Source of the DNA: Prolixibacteraceae bacterium
Lineage (GTDB): Bacteria; Bacteroidota; Bacteroidia; Bacteroidales; Prolixibacteraceae
Length of the DNA stretch: 64,000 nucleotides
Reading direction: 5' to 3'
Assembly: GCA_036508555.1 (NCBI GenBank)
Contig: DATCHD010000023.1
Location: forward strand, 833 to 64,832
Shown here: one piece after another, positions 1 to 9,703 of the stretch
Layout: every line of letters starts with the position of its first letter
How positions within the stretch are numbered: the first letter of the stretch is position 1
The notes under the pieces: generated by a model
Databases searched by the model: none
Seen by the model: only the letters and a program-made list of their open reading frames with translations
What the model was told of the DNA's origin: nothing
Position numbers and translations under genes: made by a program

Positions 1-166
1 CGATCGTTCTACGGTCAACATCAAAAATGCTTGCCAGATCGATAATCGTTCGTCCTTGATGGGATAAAAGCAGGCAATGACTGCGTTTTCTGATTAGATT
101 ATTAGCGTTTTTGCTGCTTAACTCTAATGCTTCAATTTCCTCTGTATTCAGTGTTACATATCTCAT
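1..166 (-). mobile_element. IS630-family-like transposase, N-terminal HTH part only (gene continues off the left window edge)
   Basis: Reverse-strand ATG at 164-166 opens MRYVTLNTEEIEALELSSKNANNLIRKRSHCLLLSHQGRTIIDLASIFDVDRRTI. This fits the winged-HTH N-terminus pattern of IS630/Tc1-type transposases. It is absent from the ORF track because the window edge cuts it. It abuts a truncated susD-like gene. Confidence 0.5.
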
Positions 167-230
167 AATGAGATAAATATACACATATTATAGCATATAA
201 ACAAATAAATACGACATTATTTTATTCTAA

Positions 231-740
231 TTACTTAATTACCATTATGGTGATACTTTATGGCTGAATTGGAGCGTAGATCTCACCCCTGCTACCTGGC
301 AGAGACCAAATTGGCCGTATTCAAGGAAGGTTGAAGGAACAAATCCGGATAATATTACACAGAGTGCTAATTTTGATGATTATATAGCTGTCAGACTGGC
401 TGAAACATATCTGTTAAAAGCTGAAGCACAATTTAAACTAGGTAATTCGGCAGGTGCAGTTGCTACAATCAACATTTTAAGAGCAAGATCAAATGCCACT
501 CCTGTAACTGCTGCGAACATCAATATCGACTTTATTCTGGATGAACGATCTCGTGAACTTTTTCTTGAAGAACAAAGGAGATATACTTTGTTAAGGACAG
601 GTAAATGGTTTAGCAGAACAAAAGCATTCAATCATTTTGGTGGAGAAAACATCACTCTAAGAGATACACTATTCCCGATTCCTCAATCTGTTATTGATGC
701 TAACTTAACAAAACCAATGCCTCAAAATCCAGGGTGGTAA
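231..740 (+). pseudogene. SusD/RagB-family outer-membrane nutrient-binding protein, C-terminal ~165-aa fragment without a start codon
   Basis: The frame is open from 231 to TAA 738-740. It reads ...NFDDYIAVRLAETYLLKAEAQFKLGNSAGAVATINILRARSNATPV...FILDERSRELFLEEQRRYTLLRTGKW...IPQSVIDANLTKPMPQNPGW, a classic SusD C-terminus. There is no ATG and no N-terminal ~350 aa, and the IS630-like gene lies immediately upstream. Confidence 0.75.
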
Positions 741-764
741 TTAGTTGGATTTAAACATTCTGCC

Positions 765-815
765 TCACCACCTGCTCCTGATTCAAGGGAGCAGGTGGGT
801 GAAGGAAATTTTTTG
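765..815 (+). terminator. Rho-independent-type terminator after the susD fragment
   Basis: GC-rich hairpin ctcaccacctgctcc / ggagcaggtgggtgaag (one bulge) followed by a T-run at 809-814. Confidence 0.6.
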
Positions 816-834
816 AAGACAAAAAATTAAAGAA

Positions 835-1378
835 TCCACCCTCTAAGAAGGTGGACTTAATAGAAGCCCCTATAAGGGGCCAAAGTCGAGCTGCTGTTGC
901 TCTTCGAGGCGTTCTTGTTTTTCTTGATAGATTACGTATTTCTTGATTTTTTCTTCGTCAAGACCTATCGTGTCAACACAATATCCTCTTGCCCAAAAAT
1001 GATTGTCCCAATAGGGCTTCTTTTTCAACTGAGGATAACTTTTGAAGATTTTGATCGCGGTTTTCCCCTTCATAATTCCCATTAGTTGTGAAACCGATAA
1101 TTTTAGGTGGAATACTTACTATCAGGTGAATATGGTCGATCTGAATATTCATTTCAACTAATTCGCATGATTTCCATTCCAGCAACATTCGAATATCTTT
1201 GTTTAATAATTCTTTGACGAGGCCTTCTAAGATTCGAAATCTGTATTTTGGTGTCCATACAATATGATAGGTGCACCGATAGATGACATGGCTTAATTTT
1301 TTATAATCGCTCATGTCACGAAATCAATATTTTTCAAGCATTGCCTATTACACATAACCACCACCAAAGGAGGTGGTT
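835..1378 (-). mobile_element. IS200/IS605-family element (tnpA only), bounded by CCACC...GGTGG hairpins
   Basis: Similar subterminal hairpins lie at both ends: tccacc-ctctaagaa-ggtgga (835-856) and aaccacc-accaaagga-ggtggtt (1356-1378). They flank a Y1-transposase gene. An extra hairpin gcccct-ata-aggggc (866-880) overlaps the stop codon. Confidence 0.6.
870..1314 (-). pseudogene. tnpA: IS200-type Y1 (HUH) transposase TnpA, split by a 1-nt frameshift
   Basis: ORF 973..1314 reads MSDYKKLSHVIYRCTYHIVWTPKYRF...IDHIHLIVSIPPKI, then runs out of frame. ORF 870..1082, in another frame, continues SVSQLMGIMKGKTAIKIF...HFWARGYCVDTIGLDEEKIKKYVIYQEKQ. The junction is at about 1096-1100 (cct aaa att a tcg gtt) and is consistent with one extra nucleotide. 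Confidence 0.8.
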
Positions 1379-1568
1379 TTAAAGTTTATAATAAAATGTT
1401 TATTTTTTACTGAAAACATAACTAAGTTTTTAAAAACATAGTCGATTCTACAGTTTTGGCCTTTCCAACATCCGCGGAAGCAACTGTAATCACAATTATA
1501 CTGAATAAATTAAAACCCACTTTCCTTTCTACCTGATACATTTTTTGCCTGTGCACCTTGTTTCAATT

Positions 1569-3620
1569 TTATTCCTTCTTCTGTTCCTTCAGAAGCTTAA
1601 TCTGTACTCCGGCAAAGATCATCCTGCCGAAATCGGGATATCCGATTACTGTAGAATATTTATTATCGGTTAAGTTCCGCATTTTGAAATATATTCTGAC
1701 AGGTACCTTGCCTTTGGTTGTATACCCCCCTGAAAGGTCAACGGTCAGGAAATCTCCCAGCGGTTGCGGGCCGTCAGATATAGCAGCAAACCGGTCATTT
1801 TCGAAAGGTGACACATATTTGCACAACAGATTAAGATCGAAGGACTTTTTATCCAAATAAACACCTCCGCTTGCTATGCAAACAGGATTCTCCTTGTTCG
1901 TCACCATGCTTCCGGCTTCTTTCACCGATGATTTCATTACCATGGAATTAAGAAATGGCGACAATAAATTAAACACTTTTGGAGCAATTAGTTCGAACTC
2001 CACTCCGGCTTGATTCTGATCGCGGTTAAGATAGAGTTCTCTCCTTATATTTGTCTGAGTATCAAGATAAGTATCTCCACTCAATGCGATAGCATTTTTC
2101 TGGATGACACCAAAAGCAGTCAGGGATATTTTACCTGAACTTCCTATCTTTCTTACAGCACCCACATCGATTTTAGATCGGGTTTCGTTCAATGGCTCTG
2201 AAAGTTCAGTAGTAAGAGAACCCTGACGCGGTTTAATCTGTCCGGTTGCAGAATTCAGATAGAGCGAGAGCGAATTGTTAATGCGGTAAGAGGCACCAAG
2301 ACTGCCCTGTAAAATTGCAGGTTCCCATTGATCCTGAATGGGTGTTACATTTTTGAACTGCGCTCCATCACCTTCAATATTAAATGCACCATAGTCATTC
2401 AGATAGGTTTTGGTCCAGCGGATTCCGGCATCAAGCGTGACCGGTCCGATTCGTTGCTCATCCACCAAAACCCCTGAAAAAGTCTCTGTATCGCAGCGTT
2501 TACCAGTATAGAAACGCTTTCCGTTTGGTGCCACCCAGCGGTTATACAAACCGCCAAAACGTAAAATATTCAGCCTGGTAATTGAAACTGACTGTATGAA
2601 ATTTAATCCCAACTCGGAGTCTTTTTCGCTTGAAGAGATTACTTTGACCTCATCGTTAAAAGTGGGATTTCGGGAAGAATAAAATAACTGTAATTCGGAT
2701 GAGAACTTTTCCCCAGGCCGGTAAACAATTTTCAGGTTTGAAAGAAGGGATTTATAGGGATCAAAATTCTGGATCATATCACGGTATTTCTTGTCGGCCG
2801 GTAATTCAGCAATCCTCAGTTCCCTTTTACCATCGAGATAGAATAATCCGGCTTTAATGCTCAGCTTTTCTGATGGTTGCCAGTTAAGTTGAGAATAGAA
2901 ATCAGCCATCCCCTCTTTGGTGTGCTTTCCGGATGGCCCGTCACTTTTATCATAGCCTATGCCGGTTGCATAAGAAAAACGACCCAATTTGTTACCGTTG
3001 GAAAGATGAGTGTGGAGGTTGTTAAATGAGCCGTATTCCAATTCAATATTTGTTTCAGGGCTTGAATATTCACGTGTCTTAATATTGATCAGTCCGGCCA
3101 ATCCCGAAAGTCCGGTAAGCAGTGCTGCGCTTGATCTTACGATCTCGATCTCTTCAATATCTGAGGTCGAAAAGAAATAGGGCAACTCTTCAAATTCCTT
3201 TTGCCAGACTCCATTTATAGCATAATCAGGGTAAGGATATTTTTGTCCCCTAACCGAAAAGAATTGTTTCACCTGCCGTCCTCTTGTCTCAATCAGGCCT
3301 CCCGGAACATAATTCATTGCCTCGACAACATTCGTTGCACCTTGTTTTAGGATATCGTCATGACTAATTTTACTGATTGACGGCAAGAGAGAATTAGGCT
3401 CTGTGTAGGGTTTCGCCATAAGATCACGCGATGCTTTTCTGGCTGTAACAAGCACGGTATCAATTTCGTATGTTTTTGAAAGCATATCTTGATTCTTGGT
3501 ATTTTGAGCTTTTATACTGCTGAACCCGGTAAGTAACCAAAGGAATAGACCCACCTGAAAAACAGCAGGAGAGAGTCTTAGGGCATTTTTCTGATAAATA
3601 GTTTTCATCAAATAAGTCAT
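1569..3620 (-). CDS. TonB-dependent receptor (non-SusC type, 683 aa)
   Basis: Signal peptide, then a plug domain (IDTVLVTARKASRD...GATNVVEAMNYVPGG...IEIVRSSAALLTGLSGLAGLINIKT), then a long beta-barrel rich in alternating aromatic/Gly strands. An alternative ATG lies at 3608. Confidence 0.85.
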   Translation of the reverse strand: MTYLMKTIYQKNALRLSPAVFQVGLFLWLLTGFSSIKAQNTKNQDMLSKTYEIDTVLVTARKASRDLMAKPYTEPNSLLPSISKISHDDILKQGATNVVEAMNYVPGGLIETRGRQVKQFFSVRGQKYPYPDYAINGVWQKEFEELPYFFSTSDIEEIEIVRSSAALLTGLSGLAGLINIKTREYSSPETNIELEYGSFNNLHTHLSNGNKLGRFSYATGIGYDKSDGPSGKHTKEGMADFYSQLNWQPSEKLSIKAGLFYLDGKRELRIAELPADKKYRDMIQNFDPYKSLLSNLKIVYRPGEKFSSELQLFYSSRNPTFNDEVKVISSSEKDSELGLNFIQSVSITRLNILRFGGLYNRWVAPNGKRFYTGKRCDTETFSGVLVDEQRIGPVTLDAGIRWTKTYLNDYGAFNIEGDGAQFKNVTPIQDQWEPAILQGSLGASYRINNSLSLYLNSATGQIKPRQGSLTTELSEPLNETRSKIDVGAVRKIGSSGKISLTAFGVIQKNAIALSGDTYLDTQTNIRRELYLNRDQNQAGVEFELIAPKVFNLLSPFLNSMVMKSSVKEAGSMVTNKENPVCIASGGVYLDKKSFDLNLLCKYVSPFENDRFAAISDGPQPLGDFLTVDLSGGYTTKGKVPVRIYFKMRNLTDNKYSTVIGYPDFGRMIFAGVQIKLLKEQKKE

Positions 3621-3774
3621 TTTAAATCTGTTTTTGGATTTGAAGTCTCAAAAATAGTTTTCTTTTCAGCATCTCAAGTAAATAAATATTACATTGTACA
3701 ACACTTTTCAACTATCATTCATTTTATTTAGTATTTTAGAGGTTGTAGCCCAATAGCCTTATTTGTTACTTCAA

Positions 3775-6700
3775 ATGAACAATATTATGAGACAATTTGT
3801 AACGTTTCTTCTGTTCTTTCTTTCAATAGTATCACAGGCACAATACCACAATTGGCCAATGTGGCGTTTCGATCCTAACCGATCCGCTTCAACTCCCGAA
3901 CAGCTAGCTGACAAATTGTATTTGCAATGGCAGGTAAAATATTCTGCACGAACACCCGTCTGGGATGACCCTCTGAACCAGAATTTGATGCAGTTTGACA
4001 GGATTTTTGAACCAATTGTTGTTGACGATAAAATATTTTTGGGTTTCAATGATCAGGACAAGGTGATTGCTTTGGACATTAACACAGGTAAAGAGCTTTG
4101 GCATTATTATGTTGATGGGCCTGTCAGGTTACCGTTAGCAGCGAACAAAGGTAAAATATATTTTACCGGCGATGACGGAAATTGTTATTGCCTCAATGCC
4201 AATAACGGATCGCTTGTCTGGAAATTAGCACTTGCGCCTGCCTCAAATAAACTTCTTGGCAATAAACGGCTTATATCCATGTGGCCGGCTAGAGGCGGTA
4301 TTGTGATAAAAGACAACATCATTTATACTGCCACAAGTATATTCCCCATGATGGGAACTTTTATTTATGCCATTAACGCAGAAACAGGTGAAATAATTTG
4401 GAAGAACGAAGGAACCGGAAGTAATTATATCCTCCAGCCACACAGATCTCCGGCATTCGCAGATGTAGCCCCCCAGGGAAGTTTCACGATCAGTGGAGAC
4501 AAACTATTGGTTGCTGGAGGACGAACGGTTCCTGCTGCTTTCGATCTTAAAACAGGCAATGAACTTTATTATAAGCTTGCTGAAAACCAAAAGACAGGTG
4601 GTTCATTCACCTGCAGTAACGACAAGGTTTTTTTCAATCATTACAGAGAGCGAATGACAAATATGTATGATTCGAGAACAGGAGATAAACTCAAATCGGG
4701 CCTGGGCGAATATCCTGTTGTTGATGGTAATACAATCTATTTTTCAGGAAAAGGGATAAGCGCCTCAACCCTCAACAGTAATAATATACTTGAAAACCTG
4801 TGGAAAACTAGCTTTTCAGCAACCAACGATCTTATCAAAGCCGGAGATTGCTTGTACGCAGCTGACAGCGCCGGCATTTCTGCAATAAAAATTTTGAATG
4901 GCAAACCACAAAAGCTCTGGACTCATGCTACAAAAAAAAGAATTGAAAGGTTAGTGGCTTCAAATGGCAAACTAATTGCAGTTTCGGGTGATGGAGATAT
5001 TCTTGTGTTCGGTGATAAACCGGTTGCCAATATTTCTTTTGTTAAACAGCCTGAATCTGGCTTCAAAAGTGAATCTGCAACTGCAAATGAGATCATTAAA
5101 AGCACAAGGATCACAAGTGGATATGGAGTTATTTTTGGAACGAAAGATACGGAGCTTTTGAAAAGTCTCGTTTCAAACACTTCCCTTACATTCATTGCAT
5201 ATGATAATGATCCTTCAAAAATTTCATATCTCAGGGAATATTTTGATAAATTAGGTGTAAAAGCTGACCGTTTGAGTTTTCAGCTTTTCGGTCAAAACCT
5301 TCCGTTGCTGCCGAAATATTTTTCAACATTGACCATCCTCACTGACCTTTCTTACCTCAACGGTATTAACAAAGACATTTTGAATTCCATTTTTGAATCT
5401 ACCAGACCTTATGATGGGAAGATATGGTTAAAAACAACTGGTCAGGAACAAAAAGTGTTGATGACCACCTTGGCAGAGCTCAAACTATATGGTGCTGAAA
5501 TGAGCTATGGCAAAGGATTTTCCATGATTTCCAGAACAGGTTCTCTGGAAGGATCAGCCGACTGGACCCATAATTATGGAAACATAGCCAATACAGTCAA
5601 GTCTGATGATGATATTGTTAAAGCCCCTCTGGGTATTTTGTGGTTTGGCGGCAATTCGAATCTTGATGTTCTGCCACGACACGGTCATGGTCCATCTGAA
5701 CAGGTAATAGATGGCAGACTAATCATACAGGGAATCAACAGCATCAGTGCACGGGATGTATACACAGGCAGATTGATATGGAAAAAGGTATTTGAAAATC
5801 TGAAGAAAGATACCTGGATGGTTTACTATGATGAGACCTATGATGAAGAGAATCCGTTAGACACCAAATACAATCAGGTACATATTCCGGGAGCTAATGC
5901 CAGAGGGACTAATTTTATTGCCACCAAAGAATACGTCTATGCAATCGAAGGTGCCAATTGTCATCTGATTGATATAAAGACCGGTAAACTTGTTAAAACA
6001 ATTTCAACCGGGGATAAGAATACCCAAAAACTCGGATATATCGGCGTCTATGACAACTTCTTGATTTTAGGCAATAATTTTTCTAAATATCCCGAAATAA
6101 CCATTGAGGAAGATAATAAAGAAGTCAAAAAAGAAGATAACAAAGAAGACAAAAAGGACAATAAGAAATTTGAGGATTTTGATCTTACAGCCAGCAAAGA
6201 ACTCCTAATTATGGACAGATTCAGTGGCAAGAAATTATGGAGTATTACTGCCAATCACGGCTTTATTCATAACTCAGTAATTGCAGGGGATGGCTTGCTT
6301 TTCTGCCTCGATAAGTTACCGCAGAATCTGGAAACAAAACTGAAAAGAAGAGGTGAAAATCAGCCTTCCGGGTCAAGATTACTCTATCTGGATATAAAAA
6401 CAGGCAAAAAGCTATGGGAGGAGACAAACAATGTTTTCGGAACCTGGCTTGGTTACTCTTCTAAACACAAGTTGCTTTTACAGGCGACCAGGCCATCAAG
6501 AGACATGCTGACAGGTGAAGATGGTAAAAGGATGATTGTTTATAAGACCCAGACCAAAGAAATACTTTGGGATAAAGCAGTTTCTTATGCGAATCCTCCA
6601 ATCATTTCGAACGACAAAATTTATACCAATGGGGAGGGCTTTTCCCTGCTTACCGGAGACGCTCTTTACGAAAAAGATCTGTTAACCGGAGAAGAGGTAA

Positions 6701-7533
6701 AATGGAATTACAAACGCGAATATGGTTGCGGCTACGTGGTTGCAAGTGAACACCTGCTCACTTTCAGGTCTGCTTCTGCCGGATTTATTAACCTCGATGT
6801 GCTGGAGGGCACCGCTAGTCTTGGGGGATTTAAAGCGGGATGTTCTGCAAATCTTATTGTAGCAAACGGCGTTCTTAACTCTCCGGATTATACACGTACA
6901 TGCCAATGTGCCTACCAGAATCAAACCTCCCTGGCTTTTATAAATATGCCCTGGATGAACTATTGGGCAAACACTAACTATAAATGGAGCGGAAAACAAA
7001 TCAGGCAGTTAGGCCTTAATTTTAACGCTCCCGGTGACAGGACTTCTGCAGATAACATTTTATGGCTTGAATACCCTAATGTGGGAGGAGCATCTTCGGA
7101 AATTCCTGTTAAGATTGATACAGTTAATTATTTTACGATCAGGAAAGATCCTATCTCTGTTCATTCCGAAAATACTTCATGGATAAGTGCAAGCGCCATT
7201 GGAGGGATAAGGTCACTTGAAATTACTTTATCGAAGGAGAAGCTTGTTCCGGATGCACCTTACAAGATCAAACTGTATTTTTCTGAACTGGAAAATAAAA
7301 AAAGCGGCGAGCGTGTTTTTGATGTAAGTATCCAGGACAAGCCAGTACTTCAAAATTTTGATATTTTCACCGAAGCCGGAGGGAAGGACAGAGAGATTGT
7401 AAAAACATTTACGGGCATTACAGCCGGTAAGACTATGGTTATAAAGATGAATCCCCAAAAAGGAAATACGATCTTATCCGGTATTGAATTGATTCAGGAG
7501 GGTACTCCTATTAAGTTGATCAGTGAAAGATGA
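3775..7533 (+). CDS. Secreted giant PQQ-like (BamB-like) twin beta-propeller protein with a central methyltransferase-like block and a C-terminal malectin-like domain
   Basis: Signal peptide MNNIMRQFVTFLLFFLSIVSQAQ. At least 8 blade signatures (VIALDINTGKELWHY, CYCLNANNGSLVWKL, IYAINAETGEIIWKN, ARDVYTGRLIWKK, LLIMDRFSGKKLWSI, LLYLDIKTGKKLWEE and others). Rossmann-like block YGVIFGTKD...LTFIAYDNDP. Malectin-like tail ERVFDVSIQDKPVLQNFDIFTEAGG. The track start at 3763 is TTG; the first ATG is at 3775. Confidence 0.8.
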   Translation: MNNIMRQFVTFLLFFLSIVSQAQYHNWPMWRFDPNRSASTPEQLADKLYLQWQVKYSARTPVWDDPLNQNLMQFDRIFEPIVVDDKIFLGFNDQDKVIALDINTGKELWHYYVDGPVRLPLAANKGKIYFTGDDGNCYCLNANNGSLVWKLALAPASNKLLGNKRLISMWPARGGIVIKDNIIYTATSIFPMMGTFIYAINAETGEIIWKNEGTGSNYILQPHRSPAFADVAPQGSFTISGDKLLVAGGRTVPAAFDLKTGNELYYKLAENQKTGGSFTCSNDKVFFNHYRERMTNMYDSRTGDKLKSGLGEYPVVDGNTIYFSGKGISASTLNSNNILENLWKTSFSATNDLIKAGDCLYAADSAGISAIKILNGKPQKLWTHATKKRIERLVASNGKLIAVSGDGDILVFGDKPVANISFVKQPESGFKSESATANEIIKSTRITSGYGVIFGTKDTELLKSLVSNTSLTFIAYDNDPSKISYLREYFDKLGVKADRLSFQLFGQNLPLLPKYFSTLTILTDLSYLNGINKDILNSIFESTRPYDGKIWLKTTGQEQKVLMTTLAELKLYGAEMSYGKGFSMISRTGSLEGSADWTHNYGNIANTVKSDDDIVKAPLGILWFGGNSNLDVLPRHGHGPSEQVIDGRLIIQGINSISARDVYTGRLIWKKVFENLKKDTWMVYYDETYDEENPLDTKYNQVHIPGANARGTNFIATKEYVYAIEGANCHLIDIKTGKLVKTISTGDKNTQKLGYIGVYDNFLILGNNFSKYPEITIEEDNKEVKKEDNKEDKKDNKKFEDFDLTASKELLIMDRFSGKKLWSITANHGFIHNSVIAGDGLLFCLDKLPQNLETKLKRRGENQPSGSRLLYLDIKTGKKLWEETNNVFGTWLGYSSKHKLLLQATRPSRDMLTGEDGKRMIVYKTQTKEILWDKAVSYANPPIISNDKIYTNGEGFSLLTGDALYEKDLLTGEEVKWNYKREYGCGYVVASEHLLTFRSASAGFINLDVLEGTASLGGFKAGCSANLIVANGVLNSPDYTRTCQCAYQNQTSLAFINMPWMNYWANTNYKWSGKQIRQLGLNFNAPGDRTSADNILWLEYPNVGGASSEIPVKIDTVNYFTIRKDPISVHSENTSWISASAIGGIRSLEITLSKEKLVPDAPYKIKLYFSELENKKSGERVFDVSIQDKPVLQNFDIFTEAGGKDREIVKTFTGITAGKTMVIKMNPQKGNTILSGIELIQEGTPIKLISER

Positions 7534-8315
7534 AAACGGTAAACCTTAAAATGATCCTGCTGGCAGGTATTATAAGTCTTGCCTGCACGACAAGAGTCTC
7601 GGAATGGGTATTACTCAATTCATTGCCCAACCAATATTCATTGATCTGTTTTTACAATGGTTCCCTTACCGAATCATTGAAAAAGCAAAATCTGGCCATT
7701 GCTGAAAGAATAAAATCCGCTAATATCCAGTTTAAAACTATCAACAGAAAGGATATTAAGGAACCTTATTGGGGATTATATTATGAGGACCGGCTTATAT
7801 CAAGGGCCAACAATCCCGATGAATTCAGGAATTTAAGCACCTCCCCGTTACGTGAGAAAATTGCAGCAGAGTTGATGTCAGGTAAACTTTGCGTGATGGT
7901 TTATCTTAGGAGTGATAACAAAGAAAAGGATGAGAAAGGGTTGCTGTCTTTGCAAAAAGCACTGGAGACTTCTCCGTTTGGAAAGATCATAACTGTGTTT
8001 GAGTTAAGCAGGAACAACAAAGAGGAGGCTCATTTCGCCTCTTTATTGCTTCATGTTGAAGATGACCTCAAAGAAATTCAGGAGCCGATGCTATTTGGAA
8101 TTTTCGGCAGATTTAAAGCTCTTGAACCGCTTCTGGGAAGAGGTATTTCAGAAGGTAATATCAACCTGATGATCGATTATCTTACTGCGGAGTGCAGCTG
8201 TCTTATCAAAGACGACCTTCCCGGAACAGATATTCTTTTTACCAATAGATGGGAAAATCCTCAGCCAGCTCTTCTCAATAAAATAATAGATGCTAATCTT
8301 TCTCTGGCCAGATAA
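7530..8315 (+). CDS. Lipoprotein of unknown function (261 aa)
   Basis: The start overlaps the upstream stop (ATGA at 7530-7533). Lipobox-like MILLAGIISLAC. I recognise no domain. It carries an ECSCLIKDDLPG motif near the C-terminus. Confidence 0.7.
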   Translation: MKTVNLKMILLAGIISLACTTRVSEWVLLNSLPNQYSLICFYNGSLTESLKKQNLAIAERIKSANIQFKTINRKDIKEPYWGLYYEDRLISRANNPDEFRNLSTSPLREKIAAELMSGKLCVMVYLRSDNKEKDEKGLLSLQKALETSPFGKIITVFELSRNNKEEAHFASLLLHVEDDLKEIQEPMLFGIFGRFKALEPLLGRGISEGNINLMIDYLTAECSCLIKDDLPGTDILFTNRWENPQPALLNKIIDANLSLAR

Positions 8316-8537
8316 ATGCAGAATGACACGCTATCACACGACACGCTGAATAACAGGCCTTTGCCGAAATGGCTGATGGATCAGAAGTCAGGACTTACGA
8401 CCATTCAGCCGCAAAAAATTGTGATGAAGGAGGATCACTCTTTGAAAATTTCTTTTATTGCAACAACCATTTTCATCTTATTGGCAGTCGCCATTATGAC
8501 TGTTTATTTTCTTAAAAAACACAAGAACCAAGTATAA
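8316..8537 (+). CDS. Tail-anchored small membrane protein (73 aa)
   Basis: The ATG directly follows the upstream TAA, and its own stop overlaps the next ATG (TAATG at 8535-8539). It has a single C-terminal TM helix, ISFIATTIFILLAVAIMTVYFL, followed by KKHKNQV. Confidence 0.55.
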   Translation: MQNDTLSHDTLNNRPLPKWLMDQKSGLTTIQPQKIVMKEDHSLKISFIATTIFILLAVAIMTVYFLKKHKNQV

Positions 8538-9703
8538 TGAATCCATTAAAATTAGTCACAAAGGAACTTCTGTACCGGAGGATCAGTTCCATCATAATCC
8601 TTTTCACCGTTGTCGTGGCCAGTACCGTAACTGTTGCGATCTATACCTTAAGCAAAGCCAGTGAAAACGAGACCAGAAAGATCATGCGCGAACAGGGTCT
8701 TAATCTTTACATCTTTCCTAAAGGCACCAATCTCATCGATTTCTATTCAATAAATAATACCGGAACCTTCCCCGATAATTATGTAGATGTTCTGGCAGAA
8801 TCAAAAACCTTTGATGCAGTCAGACATCTTACAGGCATTTTACAGATTAAATATCCCGATTGGAAAGACTCAAACGGATCAACACATCAGATTGTTTTAT
8901 TCGGGTACAAAGATGAAGCTCAACAAAAATATCTCCCTGCTCAGGAATTAATGGGATTTGATGTTAAAAAAGGTACAGTTCAGATAGGGTCATTGGTAGC
9001 AAAAAACATCAAACCTGATGCTCCTTTTATAATAGATGGAACAGACGGCAAACAATACAGTTTCAAGGTGGGCAAGAGGTTGGAGGAGGGCAGGGGAATG
9101 ATGGATCAGGGAGTTTCGTTTAACCTGGAAGAACTTCAGCAGGTTCTTGGTATGCAAGGGAAAATTAATAAAATTGAAGCATTAGGCTGTGTCTGCAAGG
9201 ATGGCAGGATCAGGAATGCAAGAAAGCAGGTCCAGGCAATATTTTCTGACCTGGAAGTGACAGAAATAAGTAGTATAGCTGATGCCCGCGAAAATCAGCG
9301 TGTGATGATGAATAAGTATGGCGCCTTTATAATTCCTTTTATCATTATATCATGTCTTCTGATCACAGGACTCTTATTCTATCAGAATGTTAATGTAAGA
9401 AGTCGTGAAATTGGTCTCTTAAAAGCGATGGGCAACAGTTCATACACTATTCTCTTCATGATTCTGTTTAAAGCATTTATCCTTGGATTGGCAGGAGGAA
9501 TTATTGGCTTCTTCCTTGGCAGTTGGGTGGCCGAATATTTTGGAAAAGAAATTTTCATGTTTACCGCATTGAGTATTAAGCCGGTATGGTCGATCTTTTA
9601 TTATACCATTGTCATTTTTCCGGTTTTATGGATGTTAAGCAGCTGGATACCAGCCTTGCTTGCAACCAGAATTGATACTGCAAAGATATTGAGTCAGGAG
9701 TAG
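8537..9703 (+). CDS. ABC transporter permease, FtsX/MacB/LolC type
   Basis: One N-terminal TM helix, a ~230-aa periplasmic domain and three C-terminal TM helices (FIIPFIIISCLLITGLLFY...ILGLAGGIIGFFLGSWV...IVIFPVLWMLSSWIPALLA). This is the typical FtsX-family architecture. Confidence 0.85.
   Translation: MNPLKLVTKELLYRRISSIIILFTVVVASTVTVAIYTLSKASENETRKIMREQGLNLYIFPKGTNLIDFYSINNTGTFPDNYVDVLAESKTFDAVRHLTGILQIKYPDWKDSNGSTHQIVLFGYKDEAQQKYLPAQELMGFDVKKGTVQIGSLVAKNIKPDAPFIIDGTDGKQYSFKVGKRLEEGRGMMDQGVSFNLEELQQVLGMQGKINKIEALGCVCKDGRIRNARKQVQAIFSDLEVTEISSIADARENQRVMMNKYGAFIIPFIIISCLLITGLLFYQNVNVRSREIGLLKAMGNSSYTILFMILFKAFILGLAGGIIGFFLGSWVAEYFGKEIFMFTALSIKPVWSIFYYTIVIFPVLWMLSSWIPALLATRIDTAKILSQE

Noticed and set aside
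380-631. 83-aa reverse ORF inside the susD fragment
   Set aside because: It is antisense to a frame with unmistakable SusD C-terminal homology.
1075-1105. Programmed ribosomal frameshift in IS200 tnpA
   Set aside because: IS200/IS605 Y1 transposases are made from a single frame. No slippery heptamer or downstream structure is evident. A simple 1-nt indel (mutation or sequencing error) is the better explanation.
3621-3774. Cobalamin or other riboswitch upstream of the TonB-dependent receptor
   Set aside because: The 155-nt divergent spacer is AT-rich and too short. It shows no conserved riboswitch core (no B12-box-like GCCACTG) and no obvious multi-stem structure.
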